From contig NIVC01000184.1 of assembly GCA_002269645.1 (NCBI GenBank), positions 186,001 through 250,000 of the forward strand: a stretch of DNA of 64,000 bases, written 5' to 3'. The notes below the pieces were generated by a model, which worked only from the letters and a program-made list of their open reading frames with translations, searched no databases and had not been told where the DNA came from. The stretch is from Macrostomum lignano (Eukaryota). Shown piece after piece: positions 12,166-24,900 of this stretch. A program made the position numbers and the translations under genes. The first letter of the stretch is position 1; every line of letters begins with the position of its first letter.

Positions 12166-15100
12166 CTACCGACCAATGAGCTGCCTGTAGTGGGCGGAGC
12201 TGGATGCAGAGCCGCCGCCGCCGGCCCCTCCTGGCACTGTTGAGGCCGACGACGAGGCCGCAGCGGCAGCGGCAGCGGCAGCAACGGCGGCGGCGGCCGA
12301 CAAGCTGCTAGGAGTGACTGCGGCTACAGGTGGGACTACAGTAGCCCGGGCTTGAGTACAGGTGGCCATGTGCTGAGGCCAGTGCTTCTGCTGACAGGCA
12401 GTATCGCAGTACGAAGTGTTCCAACAGCAATAAAAGAATGCCTCCTTGCGACAGTAGGCGCACCATTGTTTCTTTTTTGTATCCTCAATTTTGCGCTTCA
12501 ATTCGGATTCAAGCGAGTGCAGAGCGTCGCTAAGTACTTTCTGTTTTTCAATGTCAAACGCGGCCCGCTGTTCGCACATGGCTAGGCGGTGATTGTGCTC
12601 CATCTCGTGCACCTGCAGCTGGTGACGGAATACCAGCTTGGCCCGGTCTGCCGCGTGCTGCCGGCTCATTATGAGCAGTTTCTGTTTAAGGGAGGCCAAC
12701 TCTTCATCGGCTGGGGTGGATGCTGAGGCAGATTGCTGAGCAGCTGAGACTGGCGGCTGGACAGGATTAGCTCCTGTTGTTTCCATGGAAACACCAGATA
12801 AATTAGAGGACGAGACTGGTCCGCCGCGTGCTAACTGGGCTAGGCTGTGCTCAAGAGCCTGGGCAAATGATTGAACAGCCATAGCTCGCATCTGCTCAAG
12901 CCAGGGATCAGTTGATGAGGGACATGATGAAGCTGTAACAGCAGCCCCGATGGTGCTCAGTGCTGCGGGTATTGAATGAATTTTTGTTTAAATGCAGAAT
13001 CAGTACGAGACTTTGGGGTGCTTATATAATGACTCTGGAGCCGTAGAGTCGTAGCTGAGGCGTGCTCTGAAAACTTCGCCTAATCTACTACTGCAAGTAA
13101 CTTAACATTCAAAAACTGTTTAAAAAAGCCAGAAAACTTCGCACCATTATTGTTAGTTGAAGTCGTGGCGGTGCTGCTAGCTGCAACGGATGATGCTGCA
13201 CATGATGAAACGTTAGTTGACTCTTTAATTGTTGAGTTCTGCTGAGCAGTGGGCATATAAGCGGCAGTATTAGCACTGGCAGATTTCGCACCGGTAGAAG
13301 TTAAACCTACGGACGGATATTAAAGCACTTAGGTCAATTGTGACAAAACAGGATGATTTTTGCTGAGCTCTGCGCAACAGACGCTTAAATTGGCGCCCTC
13401 TAGCTAAAAATGGCGCCTTTCAGCTTAAATTGTGACGTCTTCTAACTAAAAATGGCGGCTTTTTCTTACGAAAATGGCGCCTTCCAACTAAAAGTGGCGC
13501 CTTCTAACTAAAAGTGGCGCCTTCTAACTAATAGCGGCGCCTTCCAACTAAAAGTGGCGCCTTCCAACTAAAAGTGGCGCCTTCTAACTAAAAGTGGCGC
13601 CTTCTAACTAAAAGTAGCGACTTCTAACTAAAAGTGGCGCCTTCCAACTAAAAGTGGCGCCTTCTAACTAATAGTTGCGCCTTTTAACTAAAAGTGGCGC
13701 CTTCTAACTAATAGTGGCGACTTCTAACTAAAAGTGGCGCCTTCTAACTAATAGTGGCGCCTTCCAACTAAAAGTGGCGACTTCCAACTAAAAGTGGCGC
13801 CTTTTAACTAAAAGTGGCGCCTTCTAACTAAAAGTGGCGACTTCTAACTAAAAGTGGCGCCTTCCAACTAAAAGTGGCGCCTTCTAACTAATAGTGGGCG
13901 CCTTTTAACTAATAGGGGCGCCTTCCAATTAAATGGCGCCTTTTTCTTAGTAAAAGTGGCGTCTTCTCAATAAAAGGGGCGCCTTCTAACTAAAGTGGCG
14001 CTATTTAACTAAAAGTGGTGCTATCTGACTAAAAGTGGCGCCTTTTAACTAAAATTTCGCTAGAATCATACCATCTGCTGCACTAGTAACGGTCGCAGCA
14101 GCAGCAGCAGCAGCCAGAGATTCTGTAGATTTAGCTTCAACAGCCGGGGATAGGCAGGACACTGAAGAGCTGCCCCGACTATTAGGCCGAGCAGGATCTG
14201 ACGGCGCGCCGATAGAAGCTTTAGACGATCGTCTAGGCCGCTTGCCAGTAGTGCTTGCAGCTGTTGAACTACTATTAGTAGCAGCAAAAGATGACAATGC
14301 CGGTATGGTGTGCTTCGGTCGCAAGCTGGTAAATAGTTGGTCGGCTAGGGATTGGGAATAGGGCGTGTCCGGCGCCGGCAGCTGCAGAGCGTCACCGTAT
14401 CTGATTGGGGAGAATTATTAAACACAATGATGTCAGTAGCATAAATATGCTTGCAGGTGGGCAGTGGGTGGTCAGTGAGCAGTCAGTGAGTAGTTAATGA
14501 GAAGTCAGTAAGCAGTCAGTGAGTAGTTAATGAGAAGTCAGTAAGTAGTCAATGAGTAGTAAATGAGCAGTCGGTGGGTGGTCAGTGAGCAGTCAGTGAG
14601 TAGTCAGTGAGCAGTCAGTGAGTAGTCAGTGAGCAGTCAGTGAGTAGTCAGTGAGCAGTCAGTGAGTAGTCAGTGAGCAGTCAGTGGGTGGTCAGTGAGC
14701 AGTTGGTGGGTAGTCAGTGAGCAGTCAGTGAGCAGTCAGTGAGCAGTTGGTGGGTAGTCAGTGAGTAGTCAGTGAGCAGTCAGTGGGTGGTCAGTGAGCA
14801 GTCAGTGAGTAGTCAGTGAGCAGTCAGTGGGTGGTCAGTGAGCAGTTGGTGGGTAGTCAGTGAGCAGTCAGTGGGTGGTCAGTGAGCAGTTGGTGGGTAG
14901 TCAGTGAGCAGTCAGTGGGTGGTCAGTGAGCAGTCAGTGAGCAGTCAGTGAGCAGTCAGTGAGCAGTCAGTGGGTGGTCAGTGAGCAGTCAGTGAGCAGT
15001 CAGTGGGTGGTCAGTGAGCAGTCAGTGGGTGGTCAGTGAGCAGTCAGTGAGTAGTCAGTGAGCAGTCAGTGAGCAGTCAGTGGGTGGTCAGTGAGCAGTC

Positions 15101-18100
15101 AGTGAGTAGTCAGTGAGCAGTCAGTGGTTGGTCAGTGAGCAGTTGGTGGGTAGTCAGTGAGCAGTCAGTGGGTGGTCAGTGAGCAGTTGGTGGGTAGTCA
15201 GTGAGCAGTCAGTGGGTGGTCAGTGAGCAGTCAGTGAGCAGTCAGTGAGCAGTCAGTGAGCAGTCAGTGAGCAGTCAGTGGGTGGTCAGTGAGCAGTCAG
15301 TGAGCAGTCAGTGAGCAGTCAGTGGGTGGTCAGTGAGCAGTCAGTGGGTGGTCAGTGAGCAGTCAGTGGGTGGTCAGTGAGCAGTCAGTGAGCAGTCAGT
15401 GGGTAGCCAGCGGGTGGTCAGTGAGCAGTCAGTGAGCAGTTAGTGAGCAGTCAGTGGGTGGTCAGTGAGCAGTCAGTGAGCAGTCAGTGAGCAGTCAGTG
15501 GGTGGTCAGTGAGCAGTCAGTGAGCAGTCAGTGAGCAGTCAGTGAGCAGTCAGTGAGCAGTCAGTGAGCAGTCAGTGAGCAGTCAGTGAGCAGTCAGTGA
15601 GCAGTCAGTGGGTGGTCAGTGAGCAGTCAGTGAGCAGTCAGTGAGCAGTCAGTGAGCAGTCAGTGAGCAGTCAGTGACAAGCCAAAACAAAATCAAACAA
15701 CAAAATCACCTGCTCTGCAGATTTTTAATATGAGCAGCCAGCTCTTTCAGCGCCAACTCCAGCTGCTGGTCGCCGGAGCTACTAATTTGACTTTTAGCGC
15801 TAGCGAACTCGGCGCTGTGAAAGGTGACGCAAGTTGAGGGCAGGATGGCCCGATCGTGAGTGCCAAAGAAGACAATTTCTACGCTGCCGTCCGGCCGGGT
15901 GCCAATGACTTTGCCAGGCCACTGGGGCCAGTGCCGCAGGCGGGCCCACACCAGCGGATGGGCGGTTGGGCAGAGGGAAGCAAATTTTCGTTCGCCATTC
16001 AAATAGCAGGACGGGCACTGCTCCAGACTGGCCGCCTCCCGTTTGATAGTCTGCATCAGCTGCTTGGCCGCAGCCGATATTGGCGCCTGTTTGGGGTGGT
16101 AACGGCTTTACTATACTGTAAACTGTACCTAATTACCACTAAACTGTACCTAAGTACAACTTAACTGTACCTAAATACCATTAAACTGTACCTAATTACC
16201 ATTAAACTGTACCTAATTACCATTAAACTGTACCTAAGTACCACTAAACTGTACCTAATTACCAATAAATTGTACTTAAACACCATTAAACTATATAATT
16301 ACCATTAAACTTTACCTACTTGCACTCAATGTTGAACCCAACCGCACTCAAAGCCGTACCTAATTGCACTTAAAGTTGTAGCTAATTGGCACTTAATTTG
16401 CGCCTAATTGCATTCAATCTGTACCTAATTGTACTCCAATCTGTACCTAATTGTACTCCAATCTGTACCTAATTGTACTCCAATCTGTACCTAATTGTAC
16501 TCCAATCTGTACCTAATTGTACTCCAATCTGTACCTAATTGTACTCCAATCTGTACCTAATTGTACTCCAATCTGTACCTAATTGTACTCCAATCTGTAC
16601 CTAATTGTACTCCAATCTGTACCTAATTGTACTCCAATCTGTACCTAATTGTACTTCAATCTGTACCTAATTGTACTCCAATCTGTACCTAATTGTACTC
16701 CAATCTGTACCTAATTGTACTCCAATCTGTACCTAATTGTACTCCAATCTGTACCTAATTGTACTCCAATCTGTACCTAATTGTACTCCAATCTGTACCT
16801 AATTGTACTCCAATCTGTACCTCATGGACCCAGCTGTACACAATTACAAGATGTAGCCAAGTCGCAAACAAACCTGCGATCCATTATAAACGATACAATT
16901 ATGCAACAGCCACTTGGCTTCGGACAGAAATGCTTCAACGCTAGAAAACTCTTTTTGCAAAGCCCTAGACCGCAGACTAGACAGGTCCAGTGGATGACAG
17001 ACAAACGCGGCATAGTCAGGCGCTACATCAGAGGACACTGGCTCGCGGAATGGCATAGACTTCGGCTGAGCAGATATTGTCTCGCACAACAGGCCAAGAG
17101 CATCGGCTAATTGATTAAGTCGTTCCTCGGCGTCAGGCCGATTAGCTAACGCTGTTTCCAGGGCTAGCGATTGAGAACAATCTGCGCACACTATAGCGCT
17201 ACTACTATTAGTAGCGGCAGTTGAAGACGAGGAACTACTACCGGAGACTGCCGTTGCTTCATCAATCGCCGGCGATGCTGGATTAATAATTGTGCTCGAA
17301 CCGCCTGGCGAGCAGCGCTGATGAAACACCCGAGGACAGGCGGCGCAGTGGATGGCGCCGCTGCCGCCGCTGGCGCCGCCGCCAAACCGGCATTCCCTGT
17401 GACAGCGCCAGCAGAACCGATCGCTGCCAGATTTATTAAAGCCCGTAGTCGCCAATTTGTCTTTATTGTTGTCGTCAGCTGATTGACGCCTCGGCCGTTT
17501 GCCGCCATTCAGACTGCCAATTGAGCTGCGCTTCCTGCCCGCTCCGCGACTCCTGCCCGGTTCGTCATCATAAGCGTCGGGGACTTCTTCTTCATCGCCT
17601 GTGCCGTCAGCGGCGCATCGGTCTTCGTCCATATTATCCTTATTGTCGTTAGTAGTTTTATTACTGTTACCAGGACTGTCGCTATTACTATGATTATCAT
17701 TACTGTTGTTATTGTTGTTATGTGTGGATTGATCTTTCTTATCGGCTTCTTCATCAGCTGACGCCGCAGCTTCCTCAGATTCGTCTGCATCGACAGTCGG
17801 ATCAGCTGGCGACTCGCGATGATCGGAGTAGCCGGCCTTTGGCGAAACGGCTAGCGGGTATGGGAGAATTTTACAATAGCTGATTACGCAACATATAGCG
17901 AGTCTTTTATGTGCGACAGGTGGGGTCAGCCAGAAAGTGAGTCAGTGAATCAGTGGTGAGTCAGTCAATAAGTGAGTGAGTCAGTGAATCATTGATTGAG
18001 TCGGGAAGTTAGTTATTGAGTCAGTGGGTCCATCAGTCAGTTAATGACAGTAAGTAGTTGGTCGCGAGATATATTAAATTTTAAAAAGAAAAAAAAACAA

Positions 18101-18247
18101 GATGATTGACAAACCAGCCTCACCAGGAGCAGCTGCATCCTGGCCTAACGAAACTGCATCCTCAGCTTCCATCGGTTCGTCAGGTATTGAGTCGCCGTTC
18201 TCCTTAGATACGTCGGCGTCAGTGAAAGCACCGGCAGAGTCTGACAT
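12166..18247 (-). CDS. ZMYND8: ZMYND8/RACK7-like chromatin reader (PHD-bromo-PWWP, coiled coil, MYND), about 921 aa
   Basis: Exons 18247-18124, 17850-16874, 16086-15710, 14400-14072, 13306-13145, 12962-12166; phases consistent (2766 nt). PHD (CWRCH...CAACPRVFHQRC...CADC), bromodomain (PDYAAFVCHPLDL; WLLHNCIVYNG), PWWP (LVWARLRHWPQWPGKV), MYND (KKKQWCAYCRKEAFFYCCWNTSYCDTACQQKHW), closer to ZMYND8 than ZMYND11 as recalled. Start codon tentative. Confidence 0.92.
13390..14050. repeat. 20-bp intronic minisatellite (AAAAGTGGCGCCTTCTAACT)
   Basis: About 30 units in ZMYND8 intron 4. Confidence 0.95.
14462..15677. repeat. 12-bp intronic minisatellite (CAGTCAGTGAG-based, GGTGGT variants)
   Basis: About 100 units filling ZMYND8 intron 3. 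Confidence 0.95.
16110..16825. repeat. compound 21-bp and 22-bp intronic minisatellite (AAACTGTACCTAATTACCATT, then AATCTGTACCTAATTGTACTCC)
   Basis: ZMYND8 intron 2; degenerate 21-mers at 16110-16320, homogeneous 22-mers at about 16415-16825. Confidence 0.94.
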
Positions 18248-19305
18248 CTGGTTCAGTATTATTTCGATGATATTCTACTAGTTCAATTATAATTAACTTT
18301 TGTTTAAAGAATTTCATGAATAGAGATTAGTTTTAGAGACAAGTTTATTTTAATTATGCTATTTTTACTTGAGGTAGCCATTTATACATTACTACCATTG
18401 CACATTGGCACAGGGTCTTCGGCGATTTGATAGTCCCACAAACGGTCCAAAAGAGACTGAGGCAATTCTGCCCAGTCCGATGACTCCCGTCCTCATGGCC
18501 TATAGATATTGCAGTTAAATAACAGAAAGGAATGCAAAAATAATTATGATGCTGCTCAAATTAACAATGTATTTAATTGATTTGAATTAAACAAAGACTA
18601 AACAATAAAAACAATAAAAATGATAAAAAAAACTGTTTAAACAGAATGTAAAAGCAGAAACAGAATGATCGATTGTGGTAAATGTTGGGCATTAGCATGG
18701 ATACTGGGAAGTGGCAGTGGCATATATTGAATCAGTAAATCATCTATATCATCTGTATATGCACTATTTGAGAACAGAAATAGAGCAAATCCAGCCCACT
18801 AAAGGTTTGTATCTCTTCTCATCTCTGCTCTCATTTGATTTCTTATCTTATCTCTTGATTTAAAAGAAGTTTCAAACTAGCAAACACTAGCAAACTAGCG
18901 GGATTCGCCATTCTGTGTATATTCTGTGGGTTACAGTGCGCAATATAAATATTTATGCATATATATTAATGCGCAATTGAGAAGCGCACAAGTTATTAAT
19001 TATACCTCGTACACAAACAACCGCACACAGATTTAGTTGGGAGAAAAGAATCCGACAAAAACATATGAAAAATCCAATGGGTCAAAAGATCAAATATTCG
19101 AGATATTCGAAAAAAACGATGCTTTTTAATGCTTTCAATGTTTGAATATCGATTTTTATTTATTTTTGTGGCTTAGTTTGATGTTAAATTGATTATATCA
19201 GTATAAATTAACAAAAACATTAACAACACTTATAAAGCTTAAGTTTTCCAGTTTGTTTTCCAGCCGTCCTTGATAAACAGTGCCATTTGGAATGGAAACT
19301 TCATT

Positions 19306-21538
19306 TCAAGCGCTAGACTTTGCTAGTTTATCACTAGAGTTGCAGTCGTCATAATTATTGCCATGAATTCCTTCAGCGCTAACGCCTGATCCGTCCTTCA
19401 TCTTATTCAGCGAGGCTGTCAGCGCGTTCAAACGTTCATCAGCTTCGTTTAGATGAGTAGCTAGCATCTCTTGTCGTTTAACAATGGTATAACCAAACGA
19501 AGCCAGCAGTATGATTACATTGCTCAGCCACCACAATGCCGTTTTAATCTCAGCAAATACCAGATAGCCCAGTACAGTTTGAGCACAGGCTTTAGCCGTA
19601 CCGCTCACATTATGAGTCAGCGGGCTGGTGTACTGAATCTGCAAGCCGGTCACGTAGCCAATGGCAAAGCCCAGAACACCGGAGCCCAATAGTACAAAGA
19701 GTAAATTTACTCTGCCTGACTGAGGAAACTCCATCACGTGACCAATATCGCTAGTAAATAATAATACGGGCAGGAATGCAAAGCTGGCATTGAAATTATT
19801 ATATAGACTCAGCTTCCAAATGCTATTATCAACTGTTGGCAGAACCTTCTTAGTGTAGATCGCATTCAGAGCTACAAATAGCGAGGCTAATAGGCCATAA
19901 ATCACTCCGGACACAGAGAGAGAACCTGAAATTTATTTTATAAAATAACAAGCATCTATAAATGATATGCTCAGGCGTAAAAGTGATTTACTGTGCGGGA
20001 ATATTTCTACAAATGACCATCTGGTATGCAATTTTTTAAATTATAATAATTGTAGCCGGATTGCGCGAAAAAATATAATTGATGACGAAACTGAAACAAA
20101 GAAGCAGGCAATTGCAGAGATTGGAAGAGCTATTTCCAGTGAAAATAAAGGAAATTGTGCAATGATGGCTCATTTGGTGTTGGCCTAGACGCTTACAAAG
20201 AAATAACCGAGATAGAACTGAAATGGCCAATGACAGTGGCCAATTTCTAGGAATAAGGGAGGCTGATTTCTAGGAATAACGGAGGCTGATTTCTAGGAAT
20301 AACGGAGGCTGATTTCTAGGAATAACGGATGCTAGTTTCGCAAACAGTTATAGGCATGAAAAAGGATAACGGCCTATGGAAAAATGAAAATAAAAAATTA
20401 TGTCTAATATAGCCAAACGAAAACTAAATCGCTCACCAGCTAATTTCTCTTGGTCAAGACCGAGTAGAAAGCCAAACACGATGAACCCGCAGCAGATCCA
20501 AGCTTTGAGAGAAGTAACCTGGCCCAAAATAGCATATGACAGTAACGCGTTGAATACTGTGGTGAACGATCGGCCAGCATAATAGAAACTGATGCCAACG
20601 TCTTTCAGGCACAGGTTATTAAATGTTACCATGCACACGAAAACCAGAGACAGTGGCGCCACGTCGCGACAAACTCGCGGATCGATCTGTTTATGAAATT
20701 GTTCAATTTTTGGGTAATACTCGTATATATGATATACTCTTATATCCCATTTAGCCTTCTGTATACCATTCTCTCATCTCACCATAACTCTAAACCGCAT
20801 CTGTTTTTATCCCCACCTGAATCTATTCTATCTGTACCTAAATCTCACCTATTCTATCTCTACCTGAATCTCATCTATTCTATTACCTGAATTTCATGAT
20901 TCTCATCTATTCTATATCTACCATATCTGAGTCTCTTCTAGTATCTGAGTATCTTCTATATCTGAATCTCACCTATTATACATCTAACTGAATCTTATCT
21001 ACTTTATCTCTACCTGAGTCTTTTCTATTCTATCTCTACCTGAATCTCATCTATTCTATTTCTAACTGAGTCTCATTTATTTTATCTCTACCTAAATCTC
21101 ATCTATTCTATATCTACCTGAATCTCATCTATCTATCTCTACCTGAATCTCTTATATTCTATCTCCTGTACCTCTTCTCAATATACTAATTGGCTACTCT
21201 TATCTCACCATGCCTACTCAGTGTACAATAAAATATTTTAATGTACAATAAAAACATAATCTGCTAAAAAACCTCACCCTAATGGATGGAAAAGCAATCA
21301 GATTAGGCTTCAAATATGATAGGCCACGAAGCAGGACGCACAGCGCCACAGACACCAGGCATTGAAACCAGGTGACAAAATATGGCGCATCAAGTTTCAA
21401 TGAGCGACTACTAAGCAAGTACTTGTTGACAAAGACTAATGATATAGATACTATCCAATAGGCTGCTACAACAGTAGCAATTGTAATTGATTTGGCTGCA
21501 AATGCGCGATCCTGTAGCATTTTAGATTCTAGTCTCAT
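19306..21538 (-). CDS. SLC35C1: GDP-fucose transporter (SLC35C1/nac-like), about 376 aa
   Basis: Exons 21538-21278, 20686-20437, 19925-19306 (1131 nt, phases 0 and 1). Motifs [74 protein letters not shown]. The ATG at 21520 is an alternative start. Confidence 0.93.
20770..21200. repeat. degenerate pyrimidine-rich minisatellite (TCTCATCTATTCTATATCTACCTGAA-like)
   Basis: SLC35C1 intron 1; a separate short 23-bp repeat lies at about 20245-20335 in intron 2. Confidence 0.8.
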
Positions 21539-24500
21539 TTTTATATATGCTTGCTTTTCAAGCTGATATTTTCTATATCAGCAAACACAGTGATAGATGA
21601 ATAGCAGCACTTTACAGAAATTAATGTAGAGGCATTAAAAATACAACTAACATATAGCCCATACCTAAATGTAATGTTTCCAGTTTTTGCAATTAAGATT
21701 ATAAGCAATAATAAAAACATGAAAAGGATTTGCATGTAAAGAAACAATATATTTCTTTGGATAAGTAGGTGATCACTAATATTTATTAATAGTTGACTTG
21801 GGTTTTATAGTTCAGTGGTGCATAACTCTAGTGGTGCATAAGAGTGCATAACTCTTGTGCCAGTGGCCCCCTTTACTTAAAGTGCAGCACATATTTATAC
21901 ATGTGTTGTGGCCTGCACCACAATGACCTTCTCATCAACCTGTTTTTTTTTGGTGCATGCGAACTGCCCGGTCTGCCGGCCTAGCTGGTTTGAGTTGGTT
22001 CAACTGGCTTTGGTTTTAGGCAGCTGGCGTGTGCTTTGATTGGGTGGCTGGGCCGGCAGACCCTCGCTTTTCTACCCCCCTTGTTCGTAAAGCCTTACCC
22101 AGCGCGTGTTTTGATTGGCTGGGCTAGGGTGGGGTGCTTGCGGGGTTCTATTGTGTGAGTATTTGCCCTCAGGCCGGTTTGGCCCACTCCCCCATTTTTT
22201 GGCATACTATTTATTAGCTGGCTTGGAGCCAGCTGGTGGCACCCTGCTTGGTTTTTGCGGTTAGAGCTACACCAGAAACTGAGTAAGAAAACTATCATAA
22301 AAGTACAAAACTGCACGAGTAAACTATAGTAAACTCCAGTAAACTATCGGAACAATTCGTAGCAAGCTAATCCGTGCCACCCGCCGTCTCCGAGCTGCCA
22401 GAACAGTACGGTCAAATAAACTGTGTTGCATGAGTTGGTTTGACCCCGCCCAATGAGCTTAAATTACATTTATTTGGGTTGCATTCGCGTTTTTTGGGAC
22501 TCTGTACGTGTCTTCCCTCCATCCTCGCCACCTCATCGCTTCACCTACTCACCCCCTTGCTCACCTGCACTTTTCGATTGGCTTGGAATGTCTGTATGCC
22601 CCAGCTAATCTATCACCTCATATCTCTTGATTGGTCCGGAGTGTCTGTACGCCCTGGCCAATCCTTCACATTCACCTTGTTTCACATTCACCTTGGTGAT
22701 TCCCGGGCTGGCTCTGAGTGGCTATCCACTCTGCTGACCGCGGAAGTACCCCAAGCCTTCCGTGACCGAGGAGTGCCTATGCGCCCCAGGTCACATCTCT
22801 TCCTCTTCCCCTCGGAGTGGCCATCCGCCTCGAGGAGCGCCAGTTGTTCGTCCTCTGTCCATCTCTCTGCCGCGTGCCCAGGGCAGTCCCGCACCGAACC
22901 CGCTACCCCGGGGAAACAAAACGACCGGGCTAGACAAGATCGCAGCCCGCGAGTACAACACATGTACAAACCTCTGATTGTGAAATTATAGGCCTGCTGG
23001 ATATGAATTTCAACTCATCAAATCTTTTGTGCAACTTAGTTTGCTCTTTTTGCAACTTGATTAGTTTTTTATTAGTTTCTTTGCTTTCTTGTCTATTTTG
23101 ATTATCAATTTTATAACTAAAACTATATATAATATATATGAATGTGACCCTGTGATTTTACTTTTGCTTTTATCAGAATAAACTAGTTTTGGATAAGCAA
23201 CTGTCACCTTTTTGGTATATTTTGACAATTGTATCTAATAAAATTACTATGAAGTTTCTCCGTAGAGTTTTGTAATTTTTTAAACTTTTAATTGAATCCT
23301 TTAACAACCATGTGATTTATCGTGTGAAGTGATTCTTCATGTGATATGACCCTATGGTTTTCACTTTTGCTTTCATCAGAATCAGTGTTATCTTTTGCTT
23401 TTATCAGAATCAGTTTTATGTTTTGCTTTTATCAGAATCAGTTTTATCTTTTGCTTTCATCAGAATCAATATGTTATTTTCTATAGGCAATTGGCAAATT
23501 CTAAACCAATTTCTATGTTGGTATCTTTTGACAGCAATTCAGTCTAACAAAATTACTGTGGAAGTTTCTGCAGGAATTAAGCCTTTGTAAATAAAATTTA
23601 CAAAGGCACAGTTAAGGTCAGTAACATCAATATACAAACACAAACCATTTTAGCACAACAAAATAATAATTAGCCCATTCTAATGCTAATCTTGAAACAC
23701 CAAGTTAACAAGTAAATATTTTGCAACAGTTAAAATTAAAAATGCTTAAAGCAAAGCAAAGAAAATCTACCATACTAAAGCAATTTTTAAACAAAATATA
23801 CAATCAGATTTCTAATCCAACTAAAGGGTAAGTACAGTAGATTACAATAAAAAATTATGGTTTATACCCTGTATATATACACCCTGTTTTGTGATTCAAG
23901 TGAGGTCTAATGCAAATGATAGAGACAAAGGTTTTAAAGCACTAGAAGTCTGAAAGTTATTTGTATACTGGAGATAGAAATTGCTTTTTCCATGCTATTT
24001 GCTATAGCTAAGTAATGCAATCATTTTACAATAAGAACTATCTTCTTAGGCAGTTGTTTTGATGCCAAAACTAATTAAACAAGTCCTGAGCTGTTTTGCC
24101 AGAAGATGCCAATGAGATTTTTCTTTTGTCATTTTAGAATAGAGTATATCTGCATGATTCTATTGTGCCACCTTTTAGTTCATGTTTTAATGTCAACTTC
24201 AATAATTTATTAGCATTAAACCCTTTTGCAAGCAGATAACAGTTTAATTTTGCATTATTGTTTTCCTATGTAGCCTTCAACTTCCTCCAAGGGCTTGCAT
24301 TCTGCCATTTATGAATTTGGTACAACTAATAAGAAAATATAGTCTCCTAAATATACCAGAGTAAATTTTCAACTTGGTTCTATATAGTATAGGCCTCCTT
24401 AGCATTACCTAAGCTATTGAAATTTACAGTAATGAGTTAATATATATTAAAGTACTTTAGACTAGGCCTTTTTTTAGTATCTCTTTCTAGGCCCTCAGTT

Positions 24501-24679
24501 GAAACTGTTAGGGCTATTAGGCTAAGGTGTAGATGACTTGCTAAAACTATTAGTAGAAGTACTAGCAATCTTTGCCCCCCGATAGGGGACATCTGGATAG
24601 AATCTTTGTTCTTTACAAGTAACAAATAGACAGCAAAATAAAGCCTTCATAAAAAACAACAGACATTCCCACTAAAAAA

Positions 24680-24900
24680 ACATCCCAAGACAGCAAGCAT
24701 CACCAGACAGCATTCAAGCATTGATCCCTAAATAGTAAGCATCCCCCAGACTGCAAGCATCCCCCAGATAGCAAGCAACCCCAGATAGCAAGCATCCCCC
24801 AGCTAGCAAGCATCCTCTAGACCCTAGATAGCAAGCATCCTCTAGATAGCAAGCAACCCCAGATAGCAAGCATCCCCCAGATAGCAAGCATCCCCCAGAT
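24680..24900. repeat. about 18-bp minisatellite (AGATAGCAAGCATCCCCC)
   Basis: About 11 degenerate units followed by an imperfect palindrome (TGCATTTGCACC...GGTGCAAATTTGCA, 24916-24965). Confidence 0.85.

Noticed and set aside
18395-18499. Coding first exon for ZMYND8
   Set aside because: The protein-like frame starts after a TGA and is out of phase with the next exon; treated as possible UTR.
21960-22991. GC-rich island with several ORFs upstream of SLC35C1
   Set aside because: No domain, TIR, LTR or TSD identified; may be a promoter or repeat relic.
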